From positions 84,603 to 148,602 of the forward strand of contig JALOAD010000001.1 in assembly GCA_023228995.1 (NCBI GenBank): a stretch of 64,000 nucleotides of DNA, read 5' to 3'. The notes beneath the pieces were generated by a model, which ran no database searches, was not told where the DNA came from, and saw nothing but the letters and a program-made list of their open reading frames with translations. Positions 46,740 to 57,178 of this stretch are shown here, piece by piece; the first letter of the stretch is position 1, and every line of letters starts with the position of its first letter. The stretch is from Candidatus Muiribacterium halophilum. Its GTDB lineage: Bacteria; Muiribacteriota; Muiribacteriia; Muiribacteriales; Muiribacteriaceae. A program made the translations under genes and the position numbers.

Positions 46740-49000
46740 TCTTTCCCCCTGATACTTTCCAAAACTCTTTCTGGAATTGCTGGAATATTTTTAATTCTAC
46801 CACCACATGCATTATAAATTGAATTTGTTAATGCTGGAGCCATTCCCATCAGAGGTTGCTCAGCAAAACCTTTAGCACCATAAGGTCCTTTAGGATATTT
46901 TTCTTCAACAATAATAGGATTCCATTCAGGATAATCACAAGCTGTTGGTATTGTATAAGTAGAAAAATTATTTGTTAAAAATTTACCTTGACTTGAAACT
47001 TGCATATTTTCCATAAGACCATAACCTAAACCCTGTAAAGAACCGCCCATTATCTGACCTTTAACTTCTCTTGGATTAACAGCTTTTCCAACATCATGAG
47101 CACAAGTTGCTTTTATTATTTTCACCTCACCAGTCCTTGTATTAACTTCTGTTTCAACAACATTTGCCCCCCAAGCATAAGTATAATAAGCATCACCTTG
47201 ACCATGTTCATCAAAACTACATTCTGGTGGAATATGTAGAGCTGCTGCATGTAATGTAAGTTTTTTATCAGTTGCCCATTTAATAACATCAAAATAGCTT
47301 TCTTCATGATTTCCAAATAACACTTTCCCGTCTTTATAATGTATATCTTCAAATTTTTCATTAAATTTTTCTTCAAGAAATTTATGAATTCTCTTTTTGA
47401 TTTTATTAAGAGCTTTTAAAATTCCCCAACCAGCAGTTATTGTACCTCTGGAAGCAACTGTAGGACCTGAATCAAGAACTCTTGAAGTATCAACCTGTGA
47501 AACAACAATATTATCTTCCAAAATACCAAGAAATTCAGCAGCCATTTGTGCAGCCACAGTTCTCATTCCCTGACCCATATCAACTACACCAACAGAAACA
47601 GTAACAGAACCATCTCCATCAATCTTTGCAGTTCCAGCAGCTCTTGACATGTGTTTACCAGCATCACCAAGACCAACTCCATAATAAACAGCTGAAACTC
47701 CAATACCTTTTTTAATATTATCTGAAACATTATTATATTCTTTAAATTCTTTGATTTTATTATAATAATCAGATTCATCAATACATTTATCAAAAGCTTC
47801 CAAAAGCCCAACAGAATCTTCTAAAACTTGATTAGTACAAGTTCTATCCCCAAGCTTCAAAAGGTTTTTTTGACGAATATCAGCCGGATCCATATTAAGT
47901 TTTTCAGCCATTTGATCAATTATAGATTCCATAGCAAAAATAGTTTGAGGAGATCCAAAACCTCTATAAGCACCATTAGGAGCAGTGTTTGTAGCAACAG
48001 CTTCACCTATAACATCAACGTTTTCAATATTATATGGACCTGAAAGATGAATTGTACCACGATAAAGTACAGCAGGAGTAAGAGTTGCAAATGCTCCAGC
48101 ATTTTCAAGATAATAACCTTTTACTGCAACAAATTTACCAGTTTTATCAGCCCATAAAGTAATATCTGTTCTAGCTGGATGTCTTTTTGACATTGTTTGC
48201 ATATCTTCTTCTCTATTATAAATAATCTTAACAGGTTGTCTTAAATGATAAGCACAAATTGCAGCCTGAGAACAAACTATATTTGGAACATCTTCCTTAC
48301 CACCAAAAGCTCCACCAGTCATCTGTTGAATAACCCTGACTCTTGATTTTTTCATATTAAGAACTTCAGTAACAGCCTGCTGAACATAAAACGGAGCCTG
48401 CATAGAACCACGAATTGTAAGAGTATTGTCTTCCCAATAAACCACAGCTCCCTGAGGTTCAATATAAGCATGTTCTTGATGTTGAGTATAATATGAATCA
48501 CTAATACTAATAAGATCACTATCGTTAATAATATCCATATTTCCATGATCAATATGATATTTACAAAAAATATTATCATCACCATAAAGTTTTATAGAAT
48601 TATTTTTAGATTTTTCAAAATCAAGAAGAGGTTCAAGTTCTTCAATTTCCAGTTTAATTTTTTTAATAGCTTCTTTACAAGCTTCTTCACTATTTGCAGC
48701 AATAACCGCAATTGGTTGACCCGGATATTTAACAAAATCTGAAGCTAAAAATATTTGATCATCATAAATAACATGAATTATATTTTTTCCAGGAACATCC
48801 TTATAAGTAAAAATTCCTTTAACACCAGGTACTTTTTTAGCAAGTTCAAGGTCTAGATTTTTTATTTTACCATAAGCCACAGGAGATCTAAACACTTTAG
48901 CATAAAGCATATTAGACATTTTAATATCTTCAACATAAAGAGTTTTTCCAGTAACCTTTTCCACAGAATCAAGTCTGATAATTGATTTTCCAACTCCCAT
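46736..49000 (-). CDS. Molybdopterin-binding large subunit of a xanthine-dehydrogenase-family hydroxylase
   Basis: 754 aa. Ald_Xan_dh_C/C2 conservation (GGAFGGKE, AHDVGKAVNP). Confidence 0.9.
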   Translation of the reverse strand: MGVGKSIIRLDSVEKVTGKTLYVEDIKMSNMLYAKVFRSPVAYGKIKNLDLELAKKVPGVKGIFTYKDVPGKNIIHVIYDDQIFLASDFVKYPGQPIAVIAANSEEACKEAIKKIKLEIEELEPLLDFEKSKNNSIKLYGDDNIFCKYHIDHGNMDIINDSDLISISDSYYTQHQEHAYIEPQGAVVYWEDNTLTIRGSMQAPFYVQQAVTEVLNMKKSRVRVIQQMTGGAFGGKEDVPNIVCSQAAICAYHLRQPVKIIYNREEDMQTMSKRHPARTDITLWADKTGKFVAVKGYYLENAGAFATLTPAVLYRGTIHLSGPYNIENVDVIGEAVATNTAPNGAYRGFGSPQTIFAMESIIDQMAEKLNMDPADIRQKNLLKLGDRTCTNQVLEDSVGLLEAFDKCIDESDYYNKIKEFKEYNNVSDNIKKGIGVSAVYYGVGLGDAGKHMSRAAGTAKIDGDGSVTVSVGVVDMGQGMRTVAAQMAAEFLGILEDNIVVSQVDTSRVLDSGPTVASRGTITAGWGILKALNKIKKRIHKFLEEKFNEKFEDIHYKDGKVLFGNHEESYFDVIKWATDKKLTLHAAALHIPPECSFDEHGQGDAYYTYAWGANVVETEVNTRTGEVKIIKATCAHDVGKAVNPREVKGQIMGGSLQGLGYGLMENMQVSSQGKFLTNNFSTYTIPTACDYPEWNPIIVEEKYPKGPYGAKGFAEQPLMGMAPALTNSIYNACGGRIKNIPAIPERVLESIRGKE

Positions 49001-49061
49001 ACAATACCCCTTTTTCTGTTTTTTTAAATTATATCACAAAAAACTACTTTAAATAAAAAAA

Positions 49062-49490
49062 TTGTTTTTTGTAAAGCTCTGGGGTCGGTCCACTTTAGGT
49101 TTTCAACTGAAATATTTATAAGTATAATTTATGATTTTTAATTTTAACGATTATAAGGTTTATTTATCCATAAAAAAAACAAATTTTATAAAATTTTATT
49201 AACAATATAGACATTATTTATTTAGTAAATTAAATTAAATTTATTGTATTTTATAAAATCCTGAAATCATAATATTTTGTTTTCTATCAATCCTTTCAGA
49301 ATTAAAAATGTTGATAATTCTTGAAAATTAAATTTAAAAAACATCATTTTATAAAAAATTTATTTTTTCATTTTAAATTCTAAGTTGCAATTCAATTTCA
49401 AATTGAAATTTGACCATTATAATCAGCAATTTTAATTCTCGCAGTGAAATTTGTAAACATTTCAAGCACCGACCCCAAGCTTTACAAAAT
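49062..49490. repeat. 24-bp inverted-repeat pair (TTTTGTAAAGCTCTGGGGTCGGTCC at 49062-49086; GCACCGACCCCAAGCTTTACAAAA at 49467-49490) bracketing a 380-bp AT-rich segment
   Basis: The arms are 24/25 identical as reverse complements. A third arm-like copy (CTTGGGGTCGGTCCACTATTTGTTTACAACC) is at 25497-25530. Confidence 0.75.
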
Positions 49491-49504
49491 TTATATTATA
49501 GAAA

Positions 49505-50587
49505 TTGAAAATTTATGCCGATTTTGTCTTTATGAGAAAAAATATTTTTTTATTTTTTATTATTTTAATTCTTTTATCAAAAATTTTTGCACAAAGTGCA
49601 AAAGATCCTGTAAAGGAAACTTTTAGTTATTTTGATAAATTTGGTCTTATTCAGACTACTTCTCAACTTTATAATTCGCAATTAAATATTTCTTCTCTTG
49701 AAAAAGCTGAAATTATTATTGAAATTTGTGAAAGGCTTTTTTCAAAAGAAAAAAAAGTTCCATTAAATATGAATGTTTTACAAAATCTTAAAACTTCAAT
49801 TGAAAATTATTCTACTGAAATATTACTTACTGGAAGATTAGACCCAGATGAAGCTCTTAGAAAAATCAGACAATTTATGCTTGATAAAAGAGATATGCAA
49901 TTTGGATATCAACCTTCTCTTGAAAAAGGTATTTATGCAAAAGAATTTTTAAAAAAAGTTCAAGTATCGCAAGAAAGCAGTGATATTGATGGTAATTTTA
50001 TTGCTGTTGACCGTGAAAATATTATAAAAAGTGGTAAGATTAAAATTAAAAATATTATTGGTTTTGATTTAAATAAAAAAAGTTATTTTTCTTTAAGAGG
50101 TGGTTTTTTTGAACCAGATTCTTCTCTGCCATACATTAAATCAGATTACATTTATGGTATTAATCTAGGTTTTCATAGAACTTCAAGAATGTCATTTGAT
50201 ATAAGCTCAACTTCTTATGAAATTAACGATTCTGGTAATTTCTTTGGAAATATCAACGATAAATACAGTTTAAAAATAAATCCTATATCTTTTAGTGTTA
50301 GATATTTTTTATTTAAACTTCATAAAATTCTTCCTTATGGGGGATACGGAATATCAAAGGTTAGATTAAAACATAAACTAAACAGCATTGTAAATGAAAA
50401 AACATTTTATACTCCGCATATTCTTTATGGTGCTGAATATTTTGAAAAAGATAGATTTTCAATTTTTTCTGAGCTAAATTATTATCTTTCAAAAACTGAA
50501 AGTCTTAATATTAATGGAAAACGATATAATTTTGATATTGATAAGTTTACAATTCATTTTGGTATTAAATTTTATTTTAATGGATAA
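49505..50587 (+). CDS. Outer-membrane beta-barrel protein with N-terminal soluble domain (start possibly at 49532, MRKNIF...)
   Basis: Signal peptide (FIILILLSKIFAQS). C-terminal amphipathic beta-strand region ending in ...FTIHFGIKFYF (terminal aromatic), typical of OMP barrels. Confidence 0.5.
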   Translation: MKIYADFVFMRKNIFLFFIILILLSKIFAQSAKDPVKETFSYFDKFGLIQTTSQLYNSQLNISSLEKAEIIIEICERLFSKEKKVPLNMNVLQNLKTSIENYSTEILLTGRLDPDEALRKIRQFMLDKRDMQFGYQPSLEKGIYAKEFLKKVQVSQESSDIDGNFIAVDRENIIKSGKIKIKNIIGFDLNKKSYFSLRGGFFEPDSSLPYIKSDYIYGINLGFHRTSRMSFDISSTSYEINDSGNFFGNINDKYSLKINPISFSVRYFLFKLHKILPYGGYGISKVRLKHKLNSIVNEKTFYTPHILYGAEYFEKDRFSIFSELNYYLSKTESLNINGKRYNFDIDKFTIHFGIKFYFNG

Positions 50588-50591
50588 AAAA

Positions 50592-51131
50592 ATGAGAGTT
50601 TTTGCTGCTTTTGATATATCAAATGAATTCAAAATCAAGTTATATAATTCTATAGAAGATTTAACTTTAAAATATTCTGATATTAATTGGGTTAAACCTG
50701 AGAATTTTCATATTACACTGAAATTTTACGAAAATATTGGTGATATTCAAAAAGTTAAAGATGAAATAATTGATTTTTCTAATAATATTACAAAAATACC
50801 TGTTAAATTCAGAAAATTTTCTTTTTTTTCACATAAAGTATTTTATGCTCAGCTTAAATTTACTCCTTTTAAAATTGTAAAAACTATAAAAAATCAATTA
50901 AATACCAATTTTACTCCTCATATAACTCTTGCAAGAAATAAATTTGGAATAGAAATTAAAGAAAATATTGTTGAATCAATGCAGAATATTGATTTTAATC
51001 ATTCAGAAATTTTAGATAATATAACAATATACGAAAGTATTTTAAAAAAGACAGGTTCAGAGTATAGAATAATTGAAAAAATTTATTTAAAAAACTCTTC
51101 GCAAAAATCCTGCACATTTTGCTCAAGATAA
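50592..51131 (+). CDS. thpR: RNA 2',3'-cyclic phosphodiesterase (LigT/ThpR, 2H phosphoesterase)
   Basis: Two H-x-T-x motifs: NFHITLKFY and TPHITLARN. The ATG at 50592 follows the upstream stop. Confidence 0.85.
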   Translation: MRVFAAFDISNEFKIKLYNSIEDLTLKYSDINWVKPENFHITLKFYENIGDIQKVKDEIIDFSNNITKIPVKFRKFSFFSHKVFYAQLKFTPFKIVKTIKNQLNTNFTPHITLARNKFGIEIKENIVESMQNIDFNHSEILDNITIYESILKKTGSEYRIIEKIYLKNSSQKSCTFCSR

Positions 51132-52573
51132 GAGCATAATGCTATATAACAAGGACAATCTTCATAAAGACGAAATTCATACGGTGAATCAAGACCAATT
51201 ACAATAGTGTTTTCATTAGCTCTCGTAACAGCAATACCTAGGTTTTCCCTACCTTCATCATAATGAGCATTTATACTATACAAAATTACAGCTTCATATT
51301 GAGTTGCTTTTTCTTTTATTATTTCAATCTCATTATTATCAGGGCTTAATGAATATTCTATAAGTTCAGATTTTCTTTTAAAATATTTAACACTTCTATG
51401 AAAATAATTTACTCCTTCTTCACCATAAATTGCCTTATAATCTGGTGCTATAACAAGAATATCTTTTACATCTTTTATTTTATGAACAAAATCTTTGCCT
51501 TTAAAATATTTTATACATTCTTTCATTATAGATTGAACTATTTCTCTATTTTGTTTTTTTATATTATAAAGAGTTTTTTTGTTTGCACTTATATTTTCTG
51601 ACAAAGTATTAAAAGAATCTAGTTTTTGTAATGATTTTTCTTTTATATTACCTTTTTTTATTTCCATATAAAGACCATTATAAGCTTCAATATTTTCTCT
51701 AAGTCCACCAGGCATTATAATTAGATTACATCCTGCTTTATAAGCATTAATAACACTATGAGAAGGTTTTATACCTGAAAATTCTTTCCTATATAAAGAT
51801 GATGACATTACAATACCTTTGTATTCAAGTGTATTTCTTAAAAGGTCTATTATTTCTTCTGAAAAACATGCTGGTTCTTTAACTGTTTTTGATTCTTTAA
51901 AATAATAAACATCAGAAACTTCAATTACTGGAATATTTTCTTGAAAAGCTTTTTTAAAAGAAAGAATTTCATCTTCAAACATACTTTCAAATCCTCTATG
52001 AACTGTGTTAAATTGTATATTTGAAAATTCTTCTAATGAACCAATTCCTGGAAAATTCATGCCACAAAGTATTACACCTGTATCTTTAAATGCTTTAATG
52101 AAATTTGCAATATATTCAGAGTTTTCTCCGATTGTATCATTAAAAGATGATGTTCCAACAAACATATTATGATTATTCATATTAATATTTAAAAAATCTG
52201 AAATCACCATGTTAATTCCAAGGGATTTTAATTCTTCAGCCATTATTTTTGCTATTTTATAAGCATTTTGAGGATTTTCTGATAATCCTACGGTCATATT
52301 TGAAGGTATATGAGTTATATTTTTATTAACAGGCATTTGAGTTCCACCACCTGCATGAATTGCAAATATATAATCATTATCTGGATATTTTTTATTAATT
52401 TTTGAAATTGCATTTTTTATATCTGCTGGATTGTTTAAGTTGAGAGTTGATAATAGAAAAAAACAAGCTCTATATTTTTCAATATACATCTGAATTTCAA
52501 GCTCAATATCTCCAGATGAATCTCCCATTAAAGGATACATAAGTATTTGTGATAACTTGTTTTTAACTTCCAT
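51083..52573 (-). CDS. Glycoside hydrolase family 3 protein (NagZ-like beta-N-acetylhexosaminidase) with C-terminal extension
   Basis: GH3 N-domain pattern (YPLMGDSSGDIELE...FAIHAGGGT...LKSLGINMVISDFLNI). Confidence 0.7.
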   Translation of the reverse strand: MEVKNKLSQILMYPLMGDSSGDIELEIQMYIEKYRACFFLLSTLNLNNPADIKNAISKINKKYPDNDYIFAIHAGGGTQMPVNKNITHIPSNMTVGLSENPQNAYKIAKIMAEELKSLGINMVISDFLNINMNNHNMFVGTSSFNDTIGENSEYIANFIKAFKDTGVILCGMNFPGIGSLEEFSNIQFNTVHRGFESMFEDEILSFKKAFQENIPVIEVSDVYYFKESKTVKEPACFSEEIIDLLRNTLEYKGIVMSSSLYRKEFSGIKPSHSVINAYKAGCNLIIMPGGLRENIEAYNGLYMEIKKGNIKEKSLQKLDSFNTLSENISANKKTLYNIKKQNREIVQSIMKECIKYFKGKDFVHKIKDVKDILVIAPDYKAIYGEEGVNYFHRSVKYFKRKSELIEYSLSPDNNEIEIIKEKATQYEAVILYSINAHYDEGRENLGIAVTRANENTIVIGLDSPYEFRLYEDCPCYIALCSYLEQNVQDFCEEFFK

Positions 52574-52660
52574 TTATTGTTTAAACCTCTAATTAAAAAT
52601 GTAGTTGTACAGAAAATATCTATTAACGACTGCAAAAACATTATAAATAATACTTAGTAT

Positions 52661-52691
<31 letters not shown>

Positions 52692-52751
52692 CAGTATGAT
52701 TAAGTTAAAACAAAATCAAATCCTGGCTCAAAATCATACCGGGATGACACT

Positions 52752-52821
52752 AAAATCTGCGAATAGCAAATTAAAATGTTCAGTGAACATTTTTGTGTGA
52801 GATTGCGAAATAGATTTAAAA
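52752..52821. repeat. Conserved intergenic element, family B copy 2, with a 27-bp insertion carrying the palindrome ATGTTCA-g-TGAACAT
   Basis: Read directly and compared with 28726-28773. Confidence 0.75.
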
Positions 52822-52837
52822 TTTTTCCTACTTCGCC

Positions 52838-53232
52838 ATTTCACTCTTTCACTCTTTCACTCTTTCACCATTTCGCCATTTCACTCTTTCACTCTTTCAC
52901 TCTTTCACTCTTTCACCATTTCGCCATTTCACTCTTTCACCATTTCACTCTTTCACCATTTCACTCTTTCACCATTTCACTCTTTCACCATTTCACTCTT
53001 TCACTCTTTCACCATTTCACTCTTTCACCATTTCACTCTTTCACCATTTCGCCATTTCACTCTTTCACCATTTCACTCTTTCACCATTTCGCCATTTCAC
53101 TCTTTCACCATTTCACTCTTTCACCATTTCGCCATTTCACTCTTTCATCATTTCACTCTTTCACCATTTCACTCTTTCACCATTTCACTCTTTCACCATT
53201 TCACTCTTTCACCATTTCACTCTTTCACCCAT
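52838..53232. repeat. About 50 tandem copies of a degenerate octamer (TCACTCTT / TCACCATT / TCGCCATT)
   Basis: Read directly. Units of 8 bp with three variants. No stop codons in any frame, which explains the artefactual 160-aa ORF 52776-53258. Confidence 0.9.
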
Positions 53233-53254
53233 GCTCTTTAGCTTCTATACTTTA

Positions 53255-54352
53255 TTAATACAACAAAAGTTTTTCTCTTTTTCCTGTATATTCATCAAGT
53301 GTTTTCATTGCTTTATAATAAACTTCAGATAGCGGAATATATCTTTCAAGAGATTTCCTTATTCTATCATCTGAAAACAACTCATCAATAACATAATTAT
53401 CTCTATTGTTCATTACAAACTCAAATTCACCAAATGTATTATAACATATTTCTATAATATTCAAAAATAATTCAATAGAATTTAATAATTCCTTGTTAAT
53501 AACTTTAAATTGAATTCCTTTGCATAATTTATTTGAATAAACTCCATTTTCTGGTATAAATTCACATGTTTCCATTTCAAAACCTTCCATTCCAAGATAA
53601 ATTATCTGATCAAATACATTATCTGAATCAATCCATGGTGCTCCAAAAACTGAATAACTTTTTTCAGTTCCAATACCAATTGAAAGATTTGTACCTTCAA
53701 GAAGATGAAATCCTGGATAAAGAAAAAACGCATTATAATCCTTAATATCAGGAAATTGAAATTCAAATACTGGTTTTATATCATCTAAAAATTTTTCTCT
53801 ATTATAACCTTCCATTTTTATAACATTAATTTTTGCTTCTCTAAAAAGTTCTTCTTGTAAAAAAAGCCCTATTTCTCCAATTGTAAGACCATGTCTCAAA
53901 GGTATATTAATTCTTGAATATTGACCTATTATACCGTCAAATATATTACCATTTATAGGATTTGGTCTGTCGAGAATATAAAGTTGAATATCTTTTCCAT
54001 TTATAAATTCAATTATTTCATAAAGTGCTTTTATTACATCAGTATTTTTTACTCCATAATTTTGTATATCAAAAAGAATAACTTTGACTTTAAGTAATTT
54101 TTTGTATGTTTCTTCAGAAAAAGCTGGAAGAATCGGGATTTTATTATATTCAGTTAAATTTTCATCTTTATTAATAAAAAAACCAAATGATGGTTCAATA
54201 ATGTATTTTAAATTGTAATTAGGATTAAAAAAATTATCAATAACTCTCTCACCATTGCAATCATACATGTTATAAGAGGTAAATATTGCAAGCGGTATAT
54301 CTTTTATAAAATGCGATTTTTTTAATAGTAAAACATCAATTCCATTTAACAT
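53255..54352 (-). CDS. DUF1343 family protein (NamZ/YbbC-like exo-beta-N-acetylmuramidase)
   Basis: N-terminal LNGIDVLL and LDRPNPINGN motifs characteristic of DUF1343. Adjacent to the GH3 gene, as in nagZ-ybbC clusters. Confidence 0.7.
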   Translation of the reverse strand: MLNGIDVLLLKKSHFIKDIPLAIFTSYNMYDCNGERVIDNFFNPNYNLKYIIEPSFGFFINKDENLTEYNKIPILPAFSEETYKKLLKVKVILFDIQNYGVKNTDVIKALYEIIEFINGKDIQLYILDRPNPINGNIFDGIIGQYSRINIPLRHGLTIGEIGLFLQEELFREAKINVIKMEGYNREKFLDDIKPVFEFQFPDIKDYNAFFLYPGFHLLEGTNLSIGIGTEKSYSVFGAPWIDSDNVFDQIIYLGMEGFEMETCEFIPENGVYSNKLCKGIQFKVINKELLNSIELFLNIIEICYNTFGEFEFVMNNRDNYVIDELFSDDRIRKSLERYIPLSEVYYKAMKTLDEYTGKREKLLLY

Positions 54353-54416
54353 AATACTTTATCCTCTATTACTATTGAAAACTCAATTATATACTTAAAA
54401 AGTAATAATATTTAAA

Positions 54417-55436
54417 TTACAATAAAAAATCAACATAATCAACTGTTTTAACACTATATTTTAATGTTGATATGTTATTTATGATTTTTTTGCCATTAAT
54501 AATATTAATAGAATTACTGCTTATTAGAATAATATTTTCATTAATTTTCCCAAAAAAAACTTTTTCTCCGAGATTAAATGAATCTATAACAATTTCTTCT
54601 TTATTTAAATTTTCAATTATTACAAGTATATTTTTATCTTTTTCAATATTATATCTAACTTCATACTTATAGCTTTTATCTATATATGTGTTAACTATTT
54701 TATATCCAGATTTTTTTTCTTCTGGAAAATATTCCCTACTTCCGGTCTGAATTCGTTCAATCTTATCATTTATTACTTTGTTTAAACTATAAAAAGAACC
54801 TCTTTTATTGCTTTCTTGAGATGTAAAATTCCAAATATTGTTTTCAATAAATTGAGTATTAAGATGACCATTTACAAGATTCACCTTTATATCTTCTATA
54901 AGTTTTAAATTATTTAAATCATTAATTGAAATTTTAAATATATGATATGGAAACATAATATTATCTAATAAATAAAGAATATTATGTTTAATCATAATAT
55001 CATGAGCATTTTTTTTAATAGGTAATTTAAGAACATTTATATTATTTAATTTATCATCAAGAACAAAAACACTGTTTTCTGTACATAAAATTATATTATC
55101 TTTATAAATATCACAATCAAATATAATATCGTTAAATTTTTTTGAAATTCCATTGAACTCAAGGTGTTTTTGTTTAACAATTAGAAATGAATCTTTTAAA
55201 AAAAGTACTTTTTTAACAGTATTATCATTAAAAAATCCAAATCCACTTGTATTTTCTTCAGTTTTATGATCTTTAATAAGTATTTGCTTTGATTCTATAA
55301 TATCAATATTGTTAAATTTAAGCACAACAAAAGAATATTTATTTCCAATTAATATATTTTGATTATAAATATCTTTTCCCGATAAACAATATACTATGGC
55401 TATAAAAACAATAAGCAAAAAAAAGATTTTTTTCAT
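54417..55436 (-). CDS. Secreted hypothetical protein
   Basis: Signal peptide, Asn/Lys-rich, no motif. Confidence 0.45.
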   Translation of the reverse strand: MKKIFFLLIVFIAIVYCLSGKDIYNQNILIGNKYSFVVLKFNNIDIIESKQILIKDHKTEENTSGFGFFNDNTVKKVLFLKDSFLIVKQKHLEFNGISKKFNDIIFDCDIYKDNIILCTENSVFVLDDKLNNINVLKLPIKKNAHDIMIKHNILYLLDNIMFPYHIFKISINDLNNLKLIEDIKVNLVNGHLNTQFIENNIWNFTSQESNKRGSFYSLNKVINDKIERIQTGSREYFPEEKKSGYKIVNTYIDKSYKYEVRYNIEKDKNILVIIENLNKEEIVIDSFNLGEKVFFGKINENIILISSNSINIINGKKIINNISTLKYSVKTVDYVDFLL

Positions 55437-55643
55437 TTCAACATTGTATCATTATATAAGGTTTTTTTTTGAACCTGTTACCAGATATAAATAATTAATA
55501 CAAAAAACTAGTAATAGAACAGATTTTTCATATTTATAAAAAATATCAATTAAAATAGTAAATTTTCTAATCAACCCTTCAAAACCTGCCGATAATTCAA
55601 TTGTATAAAAGTTAATTAAGCGCGAATATACAGGAGGAGAGTT

Positions 55644-57113
55644 ATGAACAGAAAAAAAGTTCTGAAAAAACTGGTTTTATTGACTGCGATGCTATTTGTA
55701 ACATTTCTACTCGCAGGATGTGGATCAGCTGGGGTATCTTCAGGTTCTATCAAAGTACAAGTTGTAGAAATGGTAGATTTATCTGAAAGTATTATTACAA
55801 ACGCAATTGTTGGAGTAGAATCTGATTCTACTGGTTCTGGACCTGCTTTGCACAGGCAAGTTGTAAAAGCTAATGGTTCAGGTAATACATTTATTTTTGA
55901 AGATCTTCCACCATCTGTAACTTATCAGGTTTATGTGGAAGCTTCAGGTTATGTAAATGATGAACAAATTTCTCAAGGTAAGGCAACTGGTGGAGCACCT
56001 ATGAGAGCTACAGAAATTGCAGACCGAGCATATAAGACAGTAAAAGTTGAAGATGGTCAGGATTATTTTGTTAAAATTTATATGAAAAAAAATCCAACCC
56101 CTTCTACAGGAAGCATCGAAGGTATTGTTCGTGGTGTTGATCCAAACAATGTCGCAAACAGTGTTATATTAGCAAATTCGACAGTTGTTGTTAGAAACAG
56201 CGATGATTCTATGGCTTTTTCAGCAAAAACTGATCAGACTGGATTTTATATAATTTCTAATATACCAATTGATGCTCAAGGTTATAAATTACAATGTTAT
56301 GCTGCAAATGATCAGGGACCGACTCAGATTTATAGACCTCTTGAATCAACTGGTGGCGGAGAAAACGAAACTGGTAACGGTTCTAATTCAGAAATATTCC
56401 TTGTTCCTGGAGATGTTGTAAGAAAAGATATATTTCTTCAAAAATCAGTTATCGAAGCAACACCTGAAACAGGTGGTATAATTACAGCTGTTGTACAATC
56501 AAACAATGGACTTGCAATAGATTTTAATACAACTCCAATGTTTGCAACCTTATATAGAGATGGAAGTGCATATCATACTAAAAGAGTTGGAGATGGTGGG
56601 CTTATAGAATTCTCTGACCTTCCTATAACTGAAGGTGGAATTAATTACAATAAACTTGAAGTTCATTCATCATTTATTGAAAATAGTCCAGTTATCTTTG
56701 CAGGTTTTAATGCAACTTTAACAAAAAACAGTAAATCTTTTGCAGCTCCTGCTCCAGCAGAAGTTATATTAAGAACTGGTAATTGTAATGTAACAATAAG
56801 TGGAACATTCGCCGGTACTAATCTTTCTGGTGCACAGGTACAGACAAGAGTTACTGCTGAAGGTTCTCCTTCAACTGCATTAGTAACTTTAACAAGCACA
56901 AGTGCTGGAAGCAATTCTGCATCTGGAAATGGTAGTCTTACAAGTATACCAATCGGTAAGAGAAAAGTTAGTGCTGTTGCAACAGTTACTAATAATGGTG
57001 TTGGTGGAACAACTGCTCTTTCTGTTACAATGGCTAACAATGAACAGGAAGTAATTATAATATCAGGAACCGATGCATCAGCTGCATTTAGTTTCCAAGC
57101 AACAAAACAATAA
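55644..57113 (+). CDS. Lipoprotein with carboxypeptidase-regulatory-like/Cna-B-like beta-sandwich domains
   Basis: Lipobox LLAGCGS. GSIEGIVRGVD...TDQTGFYIISNIPIDAQGYKL matches the CarbopepD_reg-like pattern. AGGAGG SD. Confidence 0.6.
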   Translation: MNRKKVLKKLVLLTAMLFVTFLLAGCGSAGVSSGSIKVQVVEMVDLSESIITNAIVGVESDSTGSGPALHRQVVKANGSGNTFIFEDLPPSVTYQVYVEASGYVNDEQISQGKATGGAPMRATEIADRAYKTVKVEDGQDYFVKIYMKKNPTPSTGSIEGIVRGVDPNNVANSVILANSTVVVRNSDDSMAFSAKTDQTGFYIISNIPIDAQGYKLQCYAANDQGPTQIYRPLESTGGGENETGNGSNSEIFLVPGDVVRKDIFLQKSVIEATPETGGIITAVVQSNNGLAIDFNTTPMFATLYRDGSAYHTKRVGDGGLIEFSDLPITEGGINYNKLEVHSSFIENSPVIFAGFNATLTKNSKSFAAPAPAEVILRTGNCNVTISGTFAGTNLSGAQVQTRVTAEGSPSTALVTLTSTSAGSNSASGNGSLTSIPIGKRKVSAVATVTNNGVGGTTALSVTMANNEQEVIIISGTDASAAFSFQATKQ

Positions 57114-57178
57114 ATAGTGTATAATTATATAAGGGTGTTTTTAAGTTACTCTTATTTATAAAGAAAAGCGAGGTGTAA

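Noticed and set aside
44451-49000. Calling the operon specifically xanthine dehydrogenase (xdhABC)
   Set aside because: Molybdo-hydroxylase subunits of xanthine, CO, nicotinate and aldehyde enzymes are not distinguishable by eye, so only the family assignment is retained.
49444-49626. 60-aa ORF overlapping the start of the OMP gene
   Set aside because: Out-of-frame overlap with the signal-peptide region of 49505-50587, with no independent support.
52838-53232. Possible CRISPR array
   Set aside because: Units are 8 bp with no intervening unique spacers, and no cas genes are present. It is a micro/minisatellite, not a CRISPR.
52776-53258. 160-aa ORF (FHSFTLSLFHHFAISLF... ) in the ORF track
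   Set aside because: It lies wholly within the 8-bp tandem array. An 8-bp period cannot encode a stable reading frame, and every frame is stop-free only because the units lack stop triplets. It is a repeat artefact, not a gene.
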